Part shown: positions 12,684-26,367 of the stretch, in pieces | Position numbering within the stretch: position 1 is the stretch's first letter | Layout of the letters: each line of letters starts with the position of its first letter | From: Eledone cirrhosa | Lineage: Eukaryota | DNA length: 64,000 nt | Direction of reading: 5' to 3' | Assembly: GCA_964016885.1 (NCBI GenBank) | Contig: OZ024745.1 | Coordinates: 57,598,001 to 57,662,000 of the forward strand | The notes under the pieces: model-generated | Databases searched by the model: none | Told to the model about the DNA's origin: nothing | What the model saw: only the letters and a program-made list of their open reading frames with translations | Made by a program: the position numbers and the translations under genes

Positions 12684-15213
12684 CTATGTGTCTGGTCTGA
12701 AGAAAAAGAAAGAGCTAAGTATAGTGTGGGGGCAGGACGAGAAGATTTCTGATCTCCTCTTGAGCAAGTTGAGTCCTGAGAATACTATGGCATGAGATTC
12801 AGTTAGGCACAGGCTACAAAACCTGCTCAACGAGCTATATGGAGGAGCTTTAGTAAGGCATCTCCAGCTTAGTGTGTAGGGTTATTTTGTTTGTTTTAAG
12901 TTATGTATGTGCCCCGCTAACGACGTGGTATTTTTAAGCTTCTCATATCGGAAACTATGCTGGTGGGCGTTGAATCTCGTCTTGAACTGGTTAGCGGTTG
13001 ATCCCACATACGTCTTAGTATACGTGTCTGTGGTTACGTTACATGCATATACTACGTTCCTAGTAAGACAGTGTCCAACTAGTGGGCATTTGCCCTTCCG
13101 TCTGCAATTACACTTTCTAATAGGGTCATGCTCCTCAATCAGGGGTGCATGTCCCTCCAAGCGGCCGCGGGGCTGCCTAGTGGGACCGGTTTTATTGCCT
13201 GTTATCCCCCTGGGTCTTTCACTCAGTGGGTTGGTCCTGTGTTGCCGTGTGTACTGGCGTGGTTCACTATTTCGGATGGCCTTAAGTCCCTCTTTAATCT
13301 TACTCTTATTGGTCTTAGCTAGGTGTGAGGCCAGATTAGGGGTTGTTGAGTACGATAGTTTGATAGAATTCTTATTGATGACACTACCGTACCTACTACC
13401 TGGGGGGAAGTTCCCATCTATTAAAGAGAAAAAAGATTTGGGAGGTCTGTAGTAACATTAGAGTTGAAGGGCGGGTTAAAGAAGGTACTATCACGTCTTC
13501 TATTCCTTCCACTGCGTTTCTTATCCCCTATGCTGCCTACCCTCCCTTCATCTACACTATTACGGGTTCTACCAGGTGTGGTTGCTGGGCTCCCAGTGGT
13601 ATGTGTTTTGGTCTCGAGTCTCCTAGGCCTCCGGCCCCCGTTTTCACTGTTGGACTTGCTTGGGGAGGCGTAGTGCTTTTCAGGCGCGTGGGCCCTATCC
13701 GGGTCTGCATTGCTAGTGTTGTTGTTCTTAGCTAAATTCCTATTGTTCCTATTCGTCTTTCTAGCTCTCCCTCCATCTCCCATGGGCATATTATGCGTGA
13801 TTACAGTGCTGGGTTGGGGTGGTGGGGTGGTGCCGCCTGTCTCTACATAATGGAGTTTATCTTTGTGCCCTGACCCAGCTAGCGCCTTATTGTAATACTC
13901 CGCGTTCGCTTCAAATGCGGTCACGCTGCTAGATAGTCCGCTAATCCTACTAGATACTCCCTTAACTATTGCCTTGAGGACTGAGCCTGGGTGGTTGGAG
14001 TTGGCATTGACGTATGTCAGCCTCTCGTTAGGTTTATGGTACGGTGCATATTCTAATTTATCTAGGTCTAGTGTGGCATCTAGAAAGTTGACTACCTTGC
14101 TATTTCTATCCATAGTTATTGATAGGTTAAAGTTCTTGAAGAATTTATATAGGTCCTTTCTAATTCTTTCTAGTTTGTGTCGTTTAAAGTCCACAGTAAG
14201 CAATGCGTCATCACGGTATAGCCCACCTCTGAGGTGTGGGAACTGCTCGTTGAGCTCCTTGAGCAAGTACAATCCGACGAGGTCTGTCACCTGTGCTGAG
14301 TCACTAGACCCCATAGTGATGTCGAAGTTGTTACGAGTGTTCTTGCGCGTCCACAATTCATCCTCAAATGTGATAATTGTTTTACGAGCGGCAAGGACTA
14401 TTGTCAGTCTGGGATCTAGTGAGTCCGCCCGTCGGCATTGCCATCATGAGCGCCTTATTCAGTAGTATGGGGGATATAGACGTATAGTAGGAGTCTATAT
14501 CGAACTGGATGAAACGTAGTGATTTGTGGTTGCTAATGTTTGAGAACCACTTTATCACTTCTGCAGTGTTTCCCCATAGGTCCAGGCTAATCCTGCCCTT
14601 AACTTTCGGTATGACTTCATCTAGTATTTTTTAACTTATAATCCCTATGTCGGATTTAGAGGGGCTAATGAGCCTGACAGAGGGGCTACTTGCAAAGTCC
14701 TCCTTATGATCTTTCAATGTGAACCTTGGTTGTCGGGGGTGTAAGGCTGTGTGCATTTCTCTAATCCTAGCTTCGTTACTATCACTATTCTTCATAACTC
14801 AGGTTGTACATATTCTTAGTCTTGTCCGAGGGTACGAGTATACAGTTTCTATCCTTAAAAGATTTAACTAGTGATTCTGACTTAGTTTGGAAGCCGCTAC
14901 GCTTACCGTTTTTCCTTTTATACCTAATAGACCGGGCGAGGGACAATAGGTCACTCTCAAACTTATCGAGTAGAGGGTTATGGGGCGGGCTCCTAAATGT
15001 CCTAAATCCATACTTATTATTCGATGGACTCTCTAGTGGGGCGCTACGGCGCCTATCGAAGTGGAATGTGCGCCATCTTATTCTCCTTACAAACGAGTTA
15101 ACGCTGGCTATAAGCTGCTTTTCATAAGTACCCATTGGTGGTATGGGTATATTCTTAAGTGATAATGGAAGATGGTCCTTTGTAAGCATACTGTCAGTGT
15201 ATTGAAAAGCCAC
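12684..15213 (-). pseudogene. Naiad RT-GIY-YIG polyprotein with stops, frameshifts and a deletion
   Basis: SLKNIPIP, YGFRT, PSDKTKNMY, TLKDHK, RLISPSKS, FIQFDIDSYY, FDITMGSSDSA, LYRDD, FNPP, CNCR, VVY...YVGST, CSLCLTE, RRSEIFSSCPH. Confidence 0.93.
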
Positions 15214-15424
15214 CCCAGGGCGGTGTGTTTTTCAGTGAAGGTTAAGCTCTACCAGAGGGAGCTAAATAAGCAAGATGTATGGTAGGTCGTATGTGAATCG
15301 CGATGATCACATCTGACCTACCAAATATGTGACGGTAGCTAGTTAAGCTCTATGCGTATAAGCAGAGCAGAAATATTAATGAAAAAAAACAAAGGAACTA
15401 TTATGACATTATAACACGTTTATT

Positions 15425-15469
15425 GCCGACAGCCGTTTCGTCCGACCATATGGTGGGACTTTTCAAGGC
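15425..15469 (-). ncRNA. Type-I hammerhead, U3-A8 core (5' pLTR of B)
   Basis: Same motif as 9979-10023. Confidence 0.8.
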
Positions 15470-15905
15470 ATATAACATGTGATTGTAAGTTCATTATTTA
15501 CATCAACGTATCACTTAAGACTAGCAGTTTGAAATTGTGGTATACATCAGCAGCTCCGCTTGTATATTTGGGGGTCTATATTCTGAGAGGGCTCCTTTAT
15601 ATTAGTTGTCGGAATTGTAAAAGGGATGGGTTATGGGGAGTTAAGAGAATTTGAAAATGTCCTGAGAGTAAATTATAAATTATTTCATTTTTAACCTTCA
15701 ATCCCTGACTCTCAGGACATTTTCAAATTCTCTTAACTCCCCATAACCCATCCCTTTACAATTCCGACAACTAATATAAAGGAGCCCCCTTAGAATATAG
15801 ACCCCAAATATACAAGCGGAGCTGCTGATGTATACCACAATTTCAAACTGCTAGTCTTAAGTGATACGTTGATGTAAATAATGAACTTACAATCACATGT
15901 TATAT

Positions 15906-15950
15906 GCCTTGAAAAGTCCCACCATATGGTCGGACGAAACGGCTGTCGGC
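15906..15950 (+). ncRNA. Type-I hammerhead, U3-A8 core (inverted pLTR of B)
   Basis: gcc-TTGAAAA-gtcc c accatatggt c ggac-GAAAC-ggct-GTC-ggc. Confidence 0.8.
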
Positions 15951-15998
15951 AATAAACTTGTTATAATGTCATAATAGTTCCTTTGTTCTTTTTCATTA

Positions 15999-16030
<32 letters not shown>

Positions 16031-16170
16031 TAAAATAACAGATTAAAGTTTAAGCAAAGAATCGCTGCTTTCACCCTTCATGGGATCTTCTGAAACTAAA
16101 AAAAATCAATCTGTGAACGCAGAAGTAAATATTTCAAAAAACGTTACACACTATATATATAGACACGCAC

Positions 16171-16260
<90 letters not shown>

Positions 16261-19100
16261 TCGCGTTATAATGTCGTAATGTTGACAGCCAGAAATACAG
16301 AGAGATATTATAAAGGCGCAACGTTATATCTATGTATCTATCTAAAAAGAGAAAGACTAAGAATTAAAGAGAGATATCGCTAAATCGCCTAATGCGATCC
16401 CTAGGGTATTGACAATTTTTCTCAAAACACTCACAGGACCATAAGTATTACATGTGTAAAGTTTGAAAACAATCGGTTGGATGGTTCTTGAGTTTTAGTG
16501 ATCAAACAGACAGACATACATTCTCTGTTTTAGATATATAGATAATTGTTTTATATAGATCAAGCTAACGGGTTGATAGATAGGAAGACCAATGACACAT
16601 AGTCTTATTAGTTTCACACATTAGAGAATGGGAAAAAGGAATGCATCCACGTAAGGGACGTTAGATTTTCATCAGGAAATGTAAATTATTGTGAGAGTTG
16701 GAAGATTAGGAGAAGAATTTATGTCTCTTTTTCCTTCTGTTTCTCTTTTTTAATGATTTCGTTATTACTGTCCACATCTCCCTTAAAATACACTCACTCA
16801 TAAACACCCAACCGTCCAACTCGGCAACCATGAGCTTTCTCCTTTTTATACAAACTGTTAGTCACTGATCATTCAGATTATCTGGGAACATATGAGTAAA
16901 CATGGAAACCTCTAGGTTAATAATCTCTTCATCTAAACATAATAAAGAATATTTAACCCTGTAAAATCTGGGAATTTTAGGGACTCCGAAGCCTGATGTG
17001 GGACTCGGAATACCCCCTTTCTTCTTTATGAAACACTAATGTTATGACAACAAGATGCGGCACATTGCTAAACAAACATGTCTTCATTACTAAAATGTTG
17101 CTGACTCATTATGTGTTTGATGAGGTCATCATTTATAACCAGATTTGTTAAAATTCAGTATTTCTATAGTGTTCATATTTTTTTCAAGAATCACTAAGGC
17201 TAAAACCATGAAGATTTGGGGTATGTAGGTACACTCATGTACTTTCTCTTTGCCATGCCTGTAAATAATAAATTAACAATTCAATGTCAAAGGCTTTCTA
17301 AACTCGATAAAATATTGTTGCCATTGCATTGTAACAACGGTGTTGCCATGGAAACGACCTGGTTGCCATAAAAACGTGGTCATGCAAATCAAAACACATA
17401 GTTTAGATTAGTAATGTTGTTTGGCGATATTGTTTTGGTTACACTCTGAATAATCAAATTTTTAACAAAAACAAAATCAAAGAAGTATCAACATTTTCTA
17501 CGCACTGTTCAACTTTTTGCAGTTTCCATAGCAACGGTGAATTTTTTCAAAGCCGGTTACGCGTTAATTTAACATTGGAAATTTGGGCAAAAGTCACAAA
17601 ATCTCAGGAAAAAAATCTGCTTCTTTTCAATGGTTATGCAAGAAAAAGCCACGACCTGGGTTCTGAGCTCTCCGCCTCTTTCTTGTTATCGAGTTGGCAT
17701 TCTCATGTCCATCAACATTACCCTGATATAGGTCCCCCACCCCCACCACTGGAGGACAGCAGAGCCCTCTACAAATTCAGATATCTTTTGACTAAAATTG
17801 GAGTGACACTCAATTATAAATTCGTTAAACAACATCAGAGTACCTGCCAGAAATCTTTTTATCGAGTGAATTATTGATAAAACAGAGTCCAAGAAAGCTT
17901 ATTTTTCCAACAGTGGCACATCCGTTTCTCCTTTGGATCATAAGTTCGGATTCAGTTCCTGAAAAAATCACAAGGAAATTTTACAATTCGCAAAATACTT
18001 GCGCAACCATATAAAAAATAAAATTCAACTACTACACAAATAAGGTTAAACAAGAAATACAGAAGCATCTACTCCCCTTCAAAAATATAAGCACTCTGTG
18101 CGTGCCGATAAAGTAAAGACATCTATTAACTATATGAGAATACTAAACGTAATCAATGACGAAACAACACAACCGGAAATAGCATATTCAGTTGAACGCC
18201 TTACACAACATATACCCTAATCCCGACTGAAAGAACAAAGTGTCGAAAGATTACGAAAATGGGCAGAATCTGCAAACATATCCTTGAGAATACAAACGGA
18301 AAAATTAAGGCATCCACCCACCTTGGACAATGAAATTGCTGTTGTGCTACAAAGAATTGGATTTATAGCAGAGAGGATAAGATTCACTGTAAGTTGGGGC
18401 AATCTTTTTTCCTTTTCTTCTTTCACACTTTCTGTCTTCGCCTTTCTCTACCGCGTTCTTTAGATTTTTGTATTATTTTTTATCCCTTTGTTCCCATCAA
18501 CTTGATACTCTGTTTATAATTTTTCTTTGTCTTCTTCCTCATATTATCTTTATTACTGCACACATCTCCCCTACAAACAACGCTACTCACATACTCTTCC
18601 AATTGTTGGTGCACCTGCAGCATAAATTCTCCTGTGTCTTCCTTCTATCAATCGTTAATGAAGTACATATAAAAATGATATTTTCATTGGCACCGAGTGC
18701 AAATAACTAGATAAATTGTGAGTTATAACTAACATTGGGTTATATACCTATTGAATAACTAGGCAAGTAACTCCAGGAGTGGTATTCGGGGATTGCATGG
18801 GATTTCAATTGAAATATATTCAACATTTGACGATTTTCATAGGTTAATCTGACATCACTTGATGTAGAGACAGCTTTTGTTTAGTAAGCTTTGCTTTCTG
18901 AGACTTCATCTTTAACCTTACGTTGTAATATGGATTGTCTCAACATATTCCACGCCTTATTTTTTTTATTTAAAAAAAAATGTTCGTCATCAAATGCACA
19001 AATGTCTTATGCTATGTCTGGTCTCTTAGCATTTAGATCATTTGTTTCTATCCTGGTCGATGATTAATATTTAAAAAGTACGGAATATTCTGTCACCCTT

Positions 19101-19168
19101 GCTCTGATGCAACCGGTTGGTACAGTCGCGTGGTACAGGTCAGATGTGAGTTCGAGTCCCACGTGTGA
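19101..19168 (+). pseudogene. Degenerate tRNA-derived sequence (Ile-like pseudogene or SINE head)
   Basis: GCAACCGGTT...CGCGTGGTAC...TGTGAGTTCGAGTCCCAC with a B-box and downstream oligo-T. No intact cloverleaf. Confidence 0.4.
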
Positions 19169-19576
19169 TTATTTTTTTTTCAATAAGATTATAATTACTC
19201 CTGTCACAATATTATATAAACCATCATTTACTTTTAAAATAGATTAATTTTAGGCGATTCTATTGAATATTACTTTTCCTTCTCCTTGACCAAAACAACC
19301 GATAATTGACGAGAGGTTCAGTGATCTCTGAAATAGATTTATATTTATTTCATTTATTGTTTGTAAACCAGTAAAGATCAGTATATTATTTTACGTTCTC
19401 ATCCCCCCCGTTGTAGTTCCACTTTGTTTATCCCATCTCTCATTTCCTCTCTCATTAATTCTTTTTATCCCAGAGATCCTTAGTGTACCTTTTAATTTGA
19501 ATTGTTTGTTTGATAACACGAACAGTATATTCACCATTATTTCAGAATTACAACGTAAGGTTAAAGATATATATTT

Positions 19577-19765
19577 CGGTGGATTGGCAGTATTGGTAGA
19601 GGGTCGGACGCCATGCTTTGACGCATAGTGTTACGGCCCTTGCCATTCTGAGTTCAAATCCCGCCAAGGTTTACTTTGCCTTTCATCCTTACGGGGTCGA
19701 TAAAATAAAGTACCAGTAATACACTGGATATTTGCTGGCTTTGTGCCTAACGTAGAAACAATTAT
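19577..19765 (+). mobile_element. tRNA-derived SINE with Meta-type central domain
   Basis: A-box TGGCAG, B-box GAGTTCAAATCC, core GCCTTTCATCCTTACGGGGTCGATAAAATAAAGTACCAG. Confidence 0.85.
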
Positions 19766-20959
19766 TTCAGAAATATCAGCGTCAAGCGTAAAGACGAATC
19801 AGGTAGCATCCAATTTAATCGACGTGAATGGTAAAATATAATATGAATCTTTAATTGACAAATTCAGAAATGTTCATATATATATATCAAAGTCAAGAGA
19901 AGGCCGGATTCAAAGTATTCTTTGAACGCTGCGAAATGTATGTCTATGGACTGGTTGCATCATCAGATGTTAACGTAATTGTTTGGCAATTATCAGGTGT
20001 ACATTACGAAGATTAGGTAAGCGATAACAGGATTGCGGCAAACATAGACAGGGAATAGAATTGATTTGGAGACAGCACGCCATTCGGTGTTATTGTTGTG
20101 ACGAACCGCGCCTCCAAATGGCACAGAGTCAGGAAGCTAAGCCTTGTCGATAGGTAGGTGCGACGAAGGAGGTGGGATTTGCTTGGCGGTGACAAAGATT
20201 CTGCTGTCCCCAGATAGTGGTGTCGGTCAAACATGACACGAGTGCTAAGTATTGTTTTACAGCAGACTTTCGCCGATAAGCAGCGTGAAGTTGAAAAAGA
20301 AAATGGGATGGATGCTAGACAAATTTAAAGATTTAGAAAAATGAGAACCAAAATTGAATTAAGAAAAAAATAAAGATTATCAGGAGCATGAGGCTACGAA
20401 AAGTGGGTAATTATAGTTCTGGTGTAACGTTAAGAGCGGTATACTATCAGGTGTTTTGCATTCACCTTGGTGCAAACACCCCGGATGAACCTGCGAGCAG
20501 AAGTCAGCAGCGTTCAAGGCAAGCATAATGGTATCGGCGAGAGCGAGATTGAGTAGGAGCTATCTGGCACTGTAATAACAGAACAGATGTCGACCGAGAA
20601 TCTACTGCAGCATTTGGGTTGCTCACAAGATCCGTTGAATAAATTCCAATGATACAGTCGAATGCGTTCCATTTGCATTGTGGGGAGTGTAAGCCACTGA
20701 GTGGAAATGATATTGAAAGTCCGTAGAGAGAGGGCCGAACTCGCTCTAGGTCCAGTAGCTGTTCCACGCTCTCCGTTAGCAGTACGTTCAGTATGTCGCT
20801 AGGTTGCATTCTGCAGAATAGTTATGAATTATTTCAGATAAGTGGAGTGTTGAAAATTGAGTTTGTTATTACTTTAGTTCCAAAATGTCTAGAAAAGCAA
20901 AGAATGAAGCAAATGACAAACACACATACATACACACTAGCACACATACACACATACGG

Positions 20960-21021
<62 letters not shown>

Positions 21022-21486
21022 TTATCGGAAAACGGGCGAAACACATGTAACTCCCTACTCCTCAGTCGTCCTCTGGTGCTCCTTATTTTTGGAGGACCTT
21101 AAGATTGATAGCAATAGCTGGTATCAACCTGAAGCTCCAGAAAAGAAGGACCATAGGACAGTAATAAATGGACACAAAATAAGATGTTTGGTCTTTTGTC
21201 TATTTACAAATATAAAGAAATTGCTAAGAATGTGCGGCAACTGAAAAGAAGAGATGGAAACAAAACCCAACGTATTGCCATAGAACAGAAAGTGTAGGTG
21301 TAAGAGATAAAAAATACACAAATATCTTTTAAATATGCAAAACTTTTTTATTATTTTTGGTTCAGACATTTGTCCTATATACACAGATTCAACGAACAGG
21401 GCAAGTGAACACAGATCAGAGAACACAGGCAGTGTAACATATAAAACACATACACACTTAGATACACACACACACATACACACACA

Positions 21487-21525
<39 letters not shown>

Positions 21526-21999
21526 ACAAACACACACACACACATCACACACACACATATATATATATATAAAAAATAATTGATTGGATTAGTTACATGA
21601 AACACATCTTGGAATTAAAATTCATTAGGATAGAAAGAAAAAGAAAATACACATTTTATTACTGAAACAAAATAGAAAACATATATTCGTACTGCTGAAT
21701 AGAATATGACATAAAATATCGAAAAATGCTAAAGTAATTAAATATGCAATTTAATTAAAATTGATTTTAATTGAAACGAAATACAACTAACTTCAAATAA
21801 ATTTACAATTGAAATTAATTTATATTATTTTCAATGACTTAAATGCAGTTCTTTTTTAAGAGTACAGTTATAACCTAAGTATATATAATCATTTGGGTAT
21901 GGATTTTATGAGCATATACGATATACATATATATACCCGCGCGCAAACACATATTTCTTCATGTGTGTGTTTGTGTGTTTGTGTGTGTGTGTGTGTGTC

Positions 22000-22054
<55 letters not shown>

Positions 22055-24585
22055 TAAATTTAAGCTTCCTCACTTTTTCAAACTACACTCCTTAACGTAT
22101 TTCTTTACCACTTATGCAATCCCAGTATAAATAAGCAACCTATTCTCACTCCATAATATAAATAAAAAGATAAAAAGAAACACATTTATGCTGGTGTTAG
22201 CTTATATTAGAAATTCCATTTTAATTCTCAAACAGACAGGACGACATTTCTGAATTAAATGACTAGCTTTAAAAACACAATTATGTTTAGTCCCATAACG
22301 TTAATAAAAATGGAATTGTGGTGAGTACTGAACTGATCACTTAACGTTTACGTTTGTCTCTACAGAAGAAATGAGGCAAAGCGTGGTCAGCATCTTTTCT
22401 ATTTAAATTGTGACATCAAATTAAACAAGAAATAATTTAAACAATAAATATTTATATTTAAATATATTAGAAATACATATTGAAACTCGAAAATCCTACT
22501 GTCAACCTTTCAGCTCCACCCGTCTAAACATTAATATAACAAAATATTTACATATATTCTGTCTATTGAAAATATAATATATCATCTGTCAATCTTCCCC
22601 ATTTATTTGTCCCACTAATCACAGCACTTTTATCTCGTAAACGAAACATTACTTATATATACTAGAAAATATCAACGAATTTTGGTAGAAGAGTTGCAGC
22701 GCCAACGAATGAGATAGAGAGCAAGTGAGAAAGTATTATAGAGGAAAAGTATACCTAGTAGACTGGTACTTTTGATTAATGAGACTGGTACTTAAGACAA
22801 AAAGGCAAAGTTGACTTCGACGAATCGTCTATATCGTGTTTTGAAACAATTTAATAAAAAAGGCTGCTATATTTAAAAGAATACGTCAGTACTAATTTTG
22901 TATGCGACCCTAAATGCTAATTCAAAACAATGGTGTGTAACATATTTGGCTGTGATGTGATAGGTATAGGATAGGAATCAATGATATCTTTAAAATATTT
23001 GCGTATTCGATACTTTTCTGAACAGTGTTATGCATGGCAAAGTATAAACTAATTAGAGTATACAAAAGTATTTGATCTGTAAGCTGTGATTATATGCACA
23101 CCACACGTGTAAGCTTACTCAAATACATACAGTATTATTTCATATAATACTATGTAATATTTTCCAAATTATTATAAAAGTTCAGGGTATCAAAGGCCAC
23201 AGTATATGAAGAAGAATGTGACGATTTGTATTTTACTCTAAGATAAGTTTTTGCTCTGGAAAACACTTTGTGGTAACAATAGACTTATTTGATTCGGAAA
23301 TTATATTACAGCCAATTGGAAAATGAGGTAAGGATGGCATTTTCAACAAAACCGGGATCCTACGAGCCGTATAACATAAAGAGATTTTGTGGTTTCTACA
23401 TTTGGGACAAGAATTCACAATAACTGTCATAACCTGAAATCTATCTTACCCCATATAAATAAATTGAATTGGGGAAAATGGTTAGTAAATTCAAAAGAAA
23501 CATTATGCTATTATAGTCCTCTTTTCACATGACACCCATGATGGTTTTGTTATCACACTATTGACGTAATAGTGATATGAATAGAGTAACGCTCGATTTC
23601 AGCAAAATATATTTAGTTATTCACTGCCACTGCATAAAAGCAAAATCTACCAGCTCTTATGATAATTAAATAGATCATTAAAGCAAAATGGTTTTGGGAT
23701 TGTGTAAGTATTATCTGAAAGATATTTGTATTCAGTTCATTTACAGCCAAGGTTCAAATATTCATTATATTACATTCACAGCTTTCAATAGTCCAAAAGC
23801 TTCCATTGATCTAGAAGCAGTGAGAGAAATGGAGATAGTTCAAGTCATCAGCAGGTGTTTTTCATTGCTTAAATCCATCAAAATTGTTTTGCCCGAAGGC
23901 GCTTCAGAAATACAACTGTTAAGAACTGAATAAAATAAATTCATTTAGGCGTATGATTAGTAATGATAGGCAATAAACAACAATAAAATTTCGAAAATAT
24001 AAAAAACACTATGAATCGATACATATTTATTGCAAAAATGAAAATGTATCATGGATACGAAGTTTTATAAAGACAAAAACTGCAGTCGGGAGATTTCTTG
24101 CAGCATATTAGGTTATATGGGTGCACATTTATTACATATTCACAATCGTTCTGTTGTTGTAAACTAACTTTGCGTAATTCGATTCATAATAAATTCAAAT
24201 TTCTAATAGAAATTTAAAGGCATGGCTGCTTTAAATATATGCAGTATATGTTGAATTGCAATAAACAAAAAGTCCAAAGATGTATTGCACAGAGCAGTGA
24301 CTGATAAACACAGCTGTTGCTTTCTTACAAACTTTGTGTTTTGCGTTCGTTGAATGTGTCCACTGTATTTGACGTATATATTTGGATGAAGGGATGAGGG
24401 AACTTCAAATTGCATATGAAATTATATACATTCTGATAAGGATGAGCGCCTCAGATATTGAATATTAACAACATAGAAATAGAATATATATCTATTCGCA
24501 ACCACTGCCTCATTCTATATGCATATATGTATATATAGATATGTATATATATGTATCTATATATATATGTAAATATATATATATA

Positions 24586-24648
<63 letters not shown>

Positions 24649-24767
24649 ATATATATATATGTATATATATATATATGTGTATATATATATATGTATATAT
24701 ATGTATATATGTATATATATATATATGTGTGTGTGAGTATATATGTGTGTGAGTATATATATATATA

Positions 24768-24854
<87 letters not shown>

Positions 24855-24935
24855 TTAAGGTAAACATTGATGCAATTCAATTCAAATTCAAGCACTCAAC
24901 GTAATTATTCCACATAAGAGTGACGGAGTAAATAT

Positions 24936-26298
24936 CGAATAAGGAAAAGCGAAGTAGTTTCAGATGTTCAAGTCTTTTAATAATAATGCTGTGATACATA
25001 TTTCAATGGTGACAGTGGCTACACTGTTCCGTGTGCCAGTGCCGCGATATCGTCAGATAACTTGTTACATAATAAGATTATGTTTCCGAGGCAATCCAAA
25101 TTGAATCGACATGGTAACGGACAAACTGTGTGGTCTTGGGCTCTTCGTCCGTTCCCTTGTCAGTACCAATTCACCCACACGGGTCTGCGCAGACGCAAGT
25201 CCGAAGGAAGTTGACCATTAGCTACCGCAGAGTTCAACGAAATTTGCCTAGGCATTTCCCCCTCTCAACCAAACAATGGCCTAAACAGGCCTGTAATATA
25301 TTGCTTACTGCTAGCCACCCCGTCAGTGGCGGTCAGCCGAAAGCTAGTGGGGTTCGAGGAGTGTATGAGTATCAATAGGTCTCAATACTACTCTACATCA
25401 AGCATGGAAAGTAGAATTGACCATCAACGTCTAAGAGAAAATATACTTAATTCTAGATATTATGGTTTCACAATGGAAATTATGAATGAGAGTTGGAAAT
25501 TAAAACTAAAAATTAAAAATCAAAAATCAGAAATCCAAATTAAAATTAAAATTAAAATTAAAATTAAAATTAAAATTAAAATTAAAAATTAAAAAAATTT
25601 ACAAGTGAGAATCTAGATAGAAGTGAGTAAAAAAATATGTGCACCTATACTAACTAATACGTAGGGAGATGTTTAAGTAAGAAGTTTTGAAAGGGGCACA
25701 GTGTTACAGATATATTATCTGCATACTGAACGATAGTACCGTACAGTAGAACGGAGGGGAAATTACAGTATGAAAGGTAGTAATTAGGCGGGTACACAGT
25801 TAGAATTTCCATCACATGGAACAAAACCAACAAAAAACACATAAAATACACACAAAAAACATACAGTACATATATGCTAAATGAGATAGGAGATACATGA
25901 TTAATATGATTGTCAATTTGTCCATATATAGATTGAATTGAAGGGGCTTCTCGGAAACATAACCTTATTATGTAACAAGATGTCTGACGATGTCGCGGCA
26001 CTGGCGCACGGAACAGTGTGGCCACTGTCGCCATTGAAATATGTATCACAGCATTATTATTAAAGGAATTGGCAGTATCGGTAGAGGGTCGGACGCCATG
26101 CTTTGACGTATAGAATATACGGCCCTTACCATTCTGAGTTCAAATCCCGTCGAGGTTAACTTTGCCTTTCATCTTTATGGGGTTGATAAAATAAAGTACC
26201 AGTAATACACTGGGTATTTGCTGGCCTTGTGCCAAAAGTAGAAATAATTATTATTAAAGGACTTGAACATTTGAAACTACTCCGCTTTTCCTTATTCG
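24936..26298. mobile_element. Inverted-repeat PLE-end element with HHRs (24990-25059 -, 25981-26050 +); right arm interrupted by a SINE
   Basis: Arms about 24936-25092 and 25950-26298. Motif tgt-CTGACGA-T..long stem II..T-GAAA-tatgt-ATC-aca. Confidence 0.7.
26066..26246 (+). mobile_element. tRNA/Meta-type SINE with 15-bp target-site duplication
   Basis: Same core as the 19577 copy. TSD ATTATTATTAAAGGA at 26053-26067 and 26247-26261. Confidence 0.9.
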
Positions 26299-26367
26299 TG
26301 ATATATATATGTATATATATATTAGTTTTGCGAGGTTTTTGATATGGAATCGTATGTCCAAACAAAT

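Larger units (their letters stand above)
9820..16002 (-). mobile_element. Near full-length Naiad-type PLE (copy B) with pseudo-LTRs
   Basis: Direct repeats 9820-10222 and 15266-15669, inverted copy 15669-16002, decayed RT/GIY-YIG ORF, both ends merge into (TA)n. Confidence 0.93.
9647..16543 (+). mobile_element. Helentron-associated non-autonomous element (HINE/DINE-1-like), split by the PLE insertion
   Basis: One end reads ACTAGCAGAATGGTCCGGCGTTGCTCGGG (9647). The other reads AAGTTTG..AATCGGTT..GGTTCTTGAG..CAAACAGACAGACATACATTCTCTGTTTTAGATATATAGAT (16543). An internal microsatellite hosts the PLE. Partial copy at about 33795-33850 (-). Confidence 0.65.

Noticed and set aside
12907-15127. Plus-strand ORFs of 100-180 aa (12907, 13974, 14804)
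   Set aside because: Antisense shadows of the Naiad ORF with no recognisable motifs.
17750-18400. Coding-like block with an RADK motif, perhaps a PLE N-terminus
   Set aside because: Single short motif with many stops; cannot be supported.
19577-19670. tRNA genes at the SINE heads
   Set aside because: A and B boxes are present but there is no cloverleaf; the sequence continues into the SINE core, and two other copies have TSDs.
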